Of a stretch of 35,293 nt of DNA, positions 32,795-35,293 are shown piece after piece. The position numbers and the translations under genes were made by a program. Position 1 is the first letter of the stretch, and each line of letters opens with the position of its first letter. The DNA comes from Planctomycetota bacterium (lineage in GTDB: Bacteria > Planctomycetota > MHYJ01 > JACPRB01): contig DASRJF010000079.1 of NCBI GenBank assembly GCA_035649615.1, positions 1 through 35,293 of the forward strand. Direction: 5' to 3'. The notes below the pieces were generated by a model that was not told the origin of the DNA, made no database searches, and saw only the letters and a program-made list of their open reading frames with translations.

Positions 32795-33355
32795 CTAATC
32801 CGCCTGGGCGGCGCCCTTCGCCAGCTCGTACTTCTTCCCGTTCCGCGTGAACAGGTCGGTGCGCTTGCGCAGGGCGAGGCTGACGGTGATGGCGAAGACC
32901 TGGGGCTTGCTCTTGGTCCGGTAGCCGTTGTCGCGGGCCGAGGTCGCCAACTCCGACACGCTCATCGGCTGGCTCTTCTTCGAGAGGACGTCGCGGAGCA
33001 CCTGGGCCAGGGGCTTCGCGTTGGCGCGCCGGCGCCCCCGCCGTCCCGCCGCCTTCGGCGGACGGCCGGGTCCCCTCCGCTTCGGCGGGCGCCCGGGTCC
33101 GCGCCGCTTCGGAGGCCGCCCCGGCCCGCGCCCTGCGGAACCCGCTCCCGCGAGCAGCGCCGAGAGCTTCCGCTCGGCCGCCGCGAGGCGCCGCTCCAGC
33201 CGTCCCTCTTTCGCGTCGAGCGCCGTCTTGTCCTTCCGCACCGCGGCGAGCCGGCGCTCGAGGATCTGCACGCCGGCTTCGACGCCGCCGGCGCGGATCA
33301 GGAGCCGCAGGCGGCGGCGGGGCAGTTTCGCGAGGGCGCGGATCAGGCTGTTCAT
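32795..33355 (-). CDS. DNA-binding protein: coiled coil, three AT-hook-like repeats and a winged-helix (HARE-HTH-like) C-terminus
   Basis: Start at ATG 33355 (MNSLIRALAKL), with AAGGAG 9 nt upstream. The rest of track ORF 32795..34192 is shadow over ppx. The repeats are GRGPGRPPKRRGPGRPPKRRGPGRPPK. The C-terminus is PLAQVLRDVLSKKSQPMSVSELA..LFTRNGKKYEL. Confidence 0.7.
   Translation of the reverse strand: MNSLIRALAKLPRRRLRLLIRAGGVEAGVQILERRLAAVRKDKTALDAKEGRLERRLAAAERKLSALLAGAGSAGRGPGRPPKRRGPGRPPKRRGPGRPPKAAGRRGRRRANAKPLAQVLRDVLSKKSQPMSVSELATSARDNGYRTKSKPQVFAITVSLALRKRTDLFTRNGKKYELAKGAAQAD
33053..33133 (-). repeat. 27-bp tandem repeat x3 inside a CDS, encoding the AT-hook-like units
   Basis: On the plus strand, CTTCGGCGGACGGCCGGGTCCCCTCCG / CTTCGGCGGGCGCCCGGGTCCGCGCCG / CTTCGGAGGCCGCCCCGGCCCGCGCCC. 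Each encodes (R)RGPGRPPK on the minus strand. Confidence 0.85.
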
Positions 33356-33404
33356 GCGTGGGTTCTCCTTGCGCGTGGCGGACATCATATTCAAAGTACC
33401 GCTT

Positions 33405-33455
33405 CTGGAAAGAAATAACCTCGATATTGTGCAATAAATAATTTCACAAATATCG
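33405..33455 (-). terminator. Intrinsic terminator candidate after ppx
   Basis: The minus strand reads CGATATTTGTG-N13-CACAATATCG followed by AGGTTATTTCTTTCC. It lies 29 nt after the ppx stop. Confidence 0.45.
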
Positions 33456-33483
33456 TCCCAGGGTGAAGCAGGACGGGATCGAC

Positions 33484-35064
33484 CTAGGGGCCGGCGAGGC
33501 TGGCGGCGGCGCGCACGCGGCGGCCCGGGGCGACGGCCGGGCCGAATTCGACGGGCCGGCCGCACACCTTTTCCAGGAGCCCCTTGCGCTGCTCCGCGGA
33601 CCAGATCTCCATGGCGGGATCCCCCTTGGAGACGGTCCGGATCTTCAGGCCCTTGCGGCCCCCGCGGATGCGCACGTCGCTGACGACGCCGAAGTGGCTG
33701 CGATCGAGCGCGTCCGCCACGCGGAGGATCCCCGCGAGGGCCGCCACGGTGCGGCGGTCGCGGCCCGCGAGGCCGCCGACGGCGAGGTCCTTGGCTTTCG
33801 GCGGGCGCTTCCGGTGGTAGCGGGCCACGCTCGCGATGATCTCGATCTCGTCCGGCGCGAACCCGGGCAGCTCGGCGTTCTTGACCAGGTAATAGGCGTG
33901 CTTGTGGTGCTTGGAGTAGCTGACGTGGTAGCCGATGTCGTGCAGGATCGCGGCGTATTCGAGGAGCTCCCGCGCGTTCGGCCTCAAGCCGGACGGGAGC
34001 GGCACGCCGTCGTACAGCTGGAGCGCCAGCCGCGCCACGGTCCGGGCATGCGACGCCTCGTACTCGCAGCGCGTGGCCAGCTGGACCACCGAGCGCATCC
34101 GGACGTTGGGAATCTCCATCTCCGCCCGGATCTTCCGCGAGTTTTTCTGGAGGTAGTCCAGGATGACCCCTTCGCGGATCGCCTTGTCGCACAGCACGAT
34201 TTCATTCCGGCCCGTGCTGCGGAGGACCTGGAGCAGGAGGCACGCGCCGGGGAGCAGGTGGTCCCGCCGTTCCGGGTCGAGCCCGGGAATCTCGTCGAGC
34301 TCGCGGCGCGAGACGCGCGCCAGGTCCCGGTGCACGTCCTTCAGCTCGTCCGCGGTGAAGGTGAAGCCCAGCGGGTTCGCCAGGGGCTCGCCGGTCCGCC
34401 GCTCGTGGATGATCGAGCCGAGGTTGATCGCCGTGCCGGAGGTCGCCACGATCTGCTCGAACCCCGCGGCCCGCATCTCCGCGAGCGTGCTCTCCATCGA
34501 CTCGTCGAGGTGGCGATGGATCCGCTCGTGGTCCGACTTGGGCACCGGCTGGTCCGTGATGAACAGGTCCCGCAGGCGCGCGCCCCCGAGCTTGAGGCTG
34601 CGCTCGCCGAGCATCACCTGGCCGGATCCCACGATGAGCTCCACGCTGCCGCCGCCGATGTCCACGATGAGGGCGCGCCGCTTCGAGAGGTCGGTGAAAT
34701 GGCGCACGGCGAGGTAGATGAGGCGCGCCTCTTCGTCTCCCGTGATCGTGCGCACCTTGAGACCGGTCTGGCGGAGGATGCGGTCCGCGAACTCGCCGCC
34801 GTTCGACGCCTCGCGCACCGCCGCCGTCGCGAACGCGAGGACCTTCTGGACGCCCCGGTGGCGCGCGAGCTGGACGAAGCGCTGCACGACCGCGATCCCC
34901 TCCTCCATCTTGCGGCGCGACAGCCAGCCCGACTTCAGCGTCTCGTCGCCGAGGCGCGTCATGTCCTTGCCCCGGCCGACGATCTCGAACTGGGTCTCCC
35001 CCGTGATCTCGGCGATGACGATGTGGATGGAATTCGACCCGATGTCGAGGACGCCGAGCTTCAT
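33484..35064 (-). CDS. ppx: Ppx/GppA-family exopolyphosphatase with C-terminal HD domain
   Basis: Start at ATG 35064 (MKLGVLDIGSNSIHIVIAEI). Motifs are LIVDIGGGSVELI and the HD region ILHDIGYHVSYSKHHKHAYYLV. The ATG overlaps the upstream stop (ATGA at 35061-35064). Confidence 0.9.
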   Translation of the reverse strand: MKLGVLDIGSNSIHIVIAEITGETQFEIVGRGKDMTRLGDETLKSGWLSRRKMEEGIAVVQRFVQLARHRGVQKVLAFATAAVREASNGGEFADRILRQTGLKVRTITGDEEARLIYLAVRHFTDLSKRRALIVDIGGGSVELIVGSGQVMLGERSLKLGGARLRDLFITDQPVPKSDHERIHRHLDESMESTLAEMRAAGFEQIVATSGTAINLGSIIHERRTGEPLANPLGFTFTADELKDVHRDLARVSRRELDEIPGLDPERRDHLLPGACLLLQVLRSTGRNEIVLCDKAIREGVILDYLQKNSRKIRAEMEIPNVRMRSVVQLATRCEYEASHARTVARLALQLYDGVPLPSGLRPNARELLEYAAILHDIGYHVSYSKHHKHAYYLVKNAELPGFAPDEIEIIASVARYHRKRPPKAKDLAVGGLAGRDRRTVAALAGILRVADALDRSHFGVVSDVRIRGGRKGLKIRTVSKGDPAMEIWSAEQRKGLLEKVCGRPVEFGPAVAPGRRVRAAASLAGP

Positions 35065-35293
35065 GGGGCCCGTCCATTCCCGCCCCGGGAAGGCGGCCCG
35101 GCGGTCCGGAGGGCCGCCGCGAGGGAAGCGACGCCCGCGCGCAGGGCGGCCTCGCGCGCCGCGGCCCGGATCGCCACCGGATCGCGCGCCGGCAGGAGCG
35201 CCCGGAGCGCTTCGAGATCGTGGATGCGGCCGAGCCTCCGCTGCAGGCGTTTGAGGGCGAGTTCGCGGTTCCGCCACGCCCGGATTCCCATGA
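35061..35293 (-). CDS. C-terminal fragment of a CHAD-domain-like protein (N-terminus beyond the right edge)
   Basis: The ORF is open to the window edge. NRELALKRLQRRLGRIHDLEALRALL resembles the conserved His/Arg helices of CHAD domains, which commonly neighbour polyphosphate enzymes. Confidence 0.5.
   Translation of the reverse strand, partial: MGIRAWRNRELALKRLQRRLGRIHDLEALRALLPARDPVAIRAAAREAALRAGVASLAAALRTAGPPSRGGNGRAP

Noticed and set aside
33356-34192. N-terminal extension of track ORF 32795..34192
   Set aside because: It overlaps ppx out of frame and is R/P/G shadow. A good AAGGAG-ATG start exists at 33355, after an AT-rich intergenic region.

Overview
Very GC-rich bacterial chromosomal window. 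All calls come from reading the sequence and ORF track by eye, with domain calls from remembered motifs and no searches run. I support 24 protein-coding genes, one tRNA-Met(CAU), and one IS110-family (IS1111-like) insertion sequence. I also list several AT-rich promoter or terminator candidates and three related heptanucleotide arrays. No CRISPR array or rRNA is present. Most long Arg/Pro/Gly-rich ORFs in the track are antisense or off-frame shadows of the real genes. The left 24 kb is dominated by signalling genes. These include three membrane Hanks-type Ser/Thr kinases and a kinase-like STAND ATPase that runs off the left edge and is absent from the ORF track. They also include a 1354-aa degenerate-GGDEF/P-loop/HEAT protein and an FHA-GAF-AAA+ protein that lacks the sigma-54 contact loop and any HTH. 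The rest are a transglutaminase-like lipoprotein, an ABC exporter whose genes overlap one kinase by ATGA, an M61 peptidase and a TPR protein. The right part holds a double zinc-ribbon protein, ThiF/MoeB-type E1, tRNA-Met, a secreted HEAT protein and a STAS-PP2C phosphatase. It also holds a YcfL-like lipoprotein, the IS element, an orphan ECF sigma factor, pyrE, an AT-hook-like DNA-binding protein and a CHAD/Ppx polyphosphate pair. The most interesting signal is that two of the kinases carry N-terminal MshEN/T2SSE_N-like c-di-GMP-receptor motif pairs plus a zinc ribbon. They sit beside the degenerate GGDEF-STAND protein and the FHA-AAA+ protein, which suggests an uncharacterised module coupling c-di-GMP to Ser/Thr phosphorylation. 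The second is the IS element. It lies inside a heptamer repeat array, is predicted to form a circle-junction promoter, and has a 3' non-coding region carrying a guide-like match to its own flank. Start codons are my proposals. Taxonomy cannot be assigned from this window alone.
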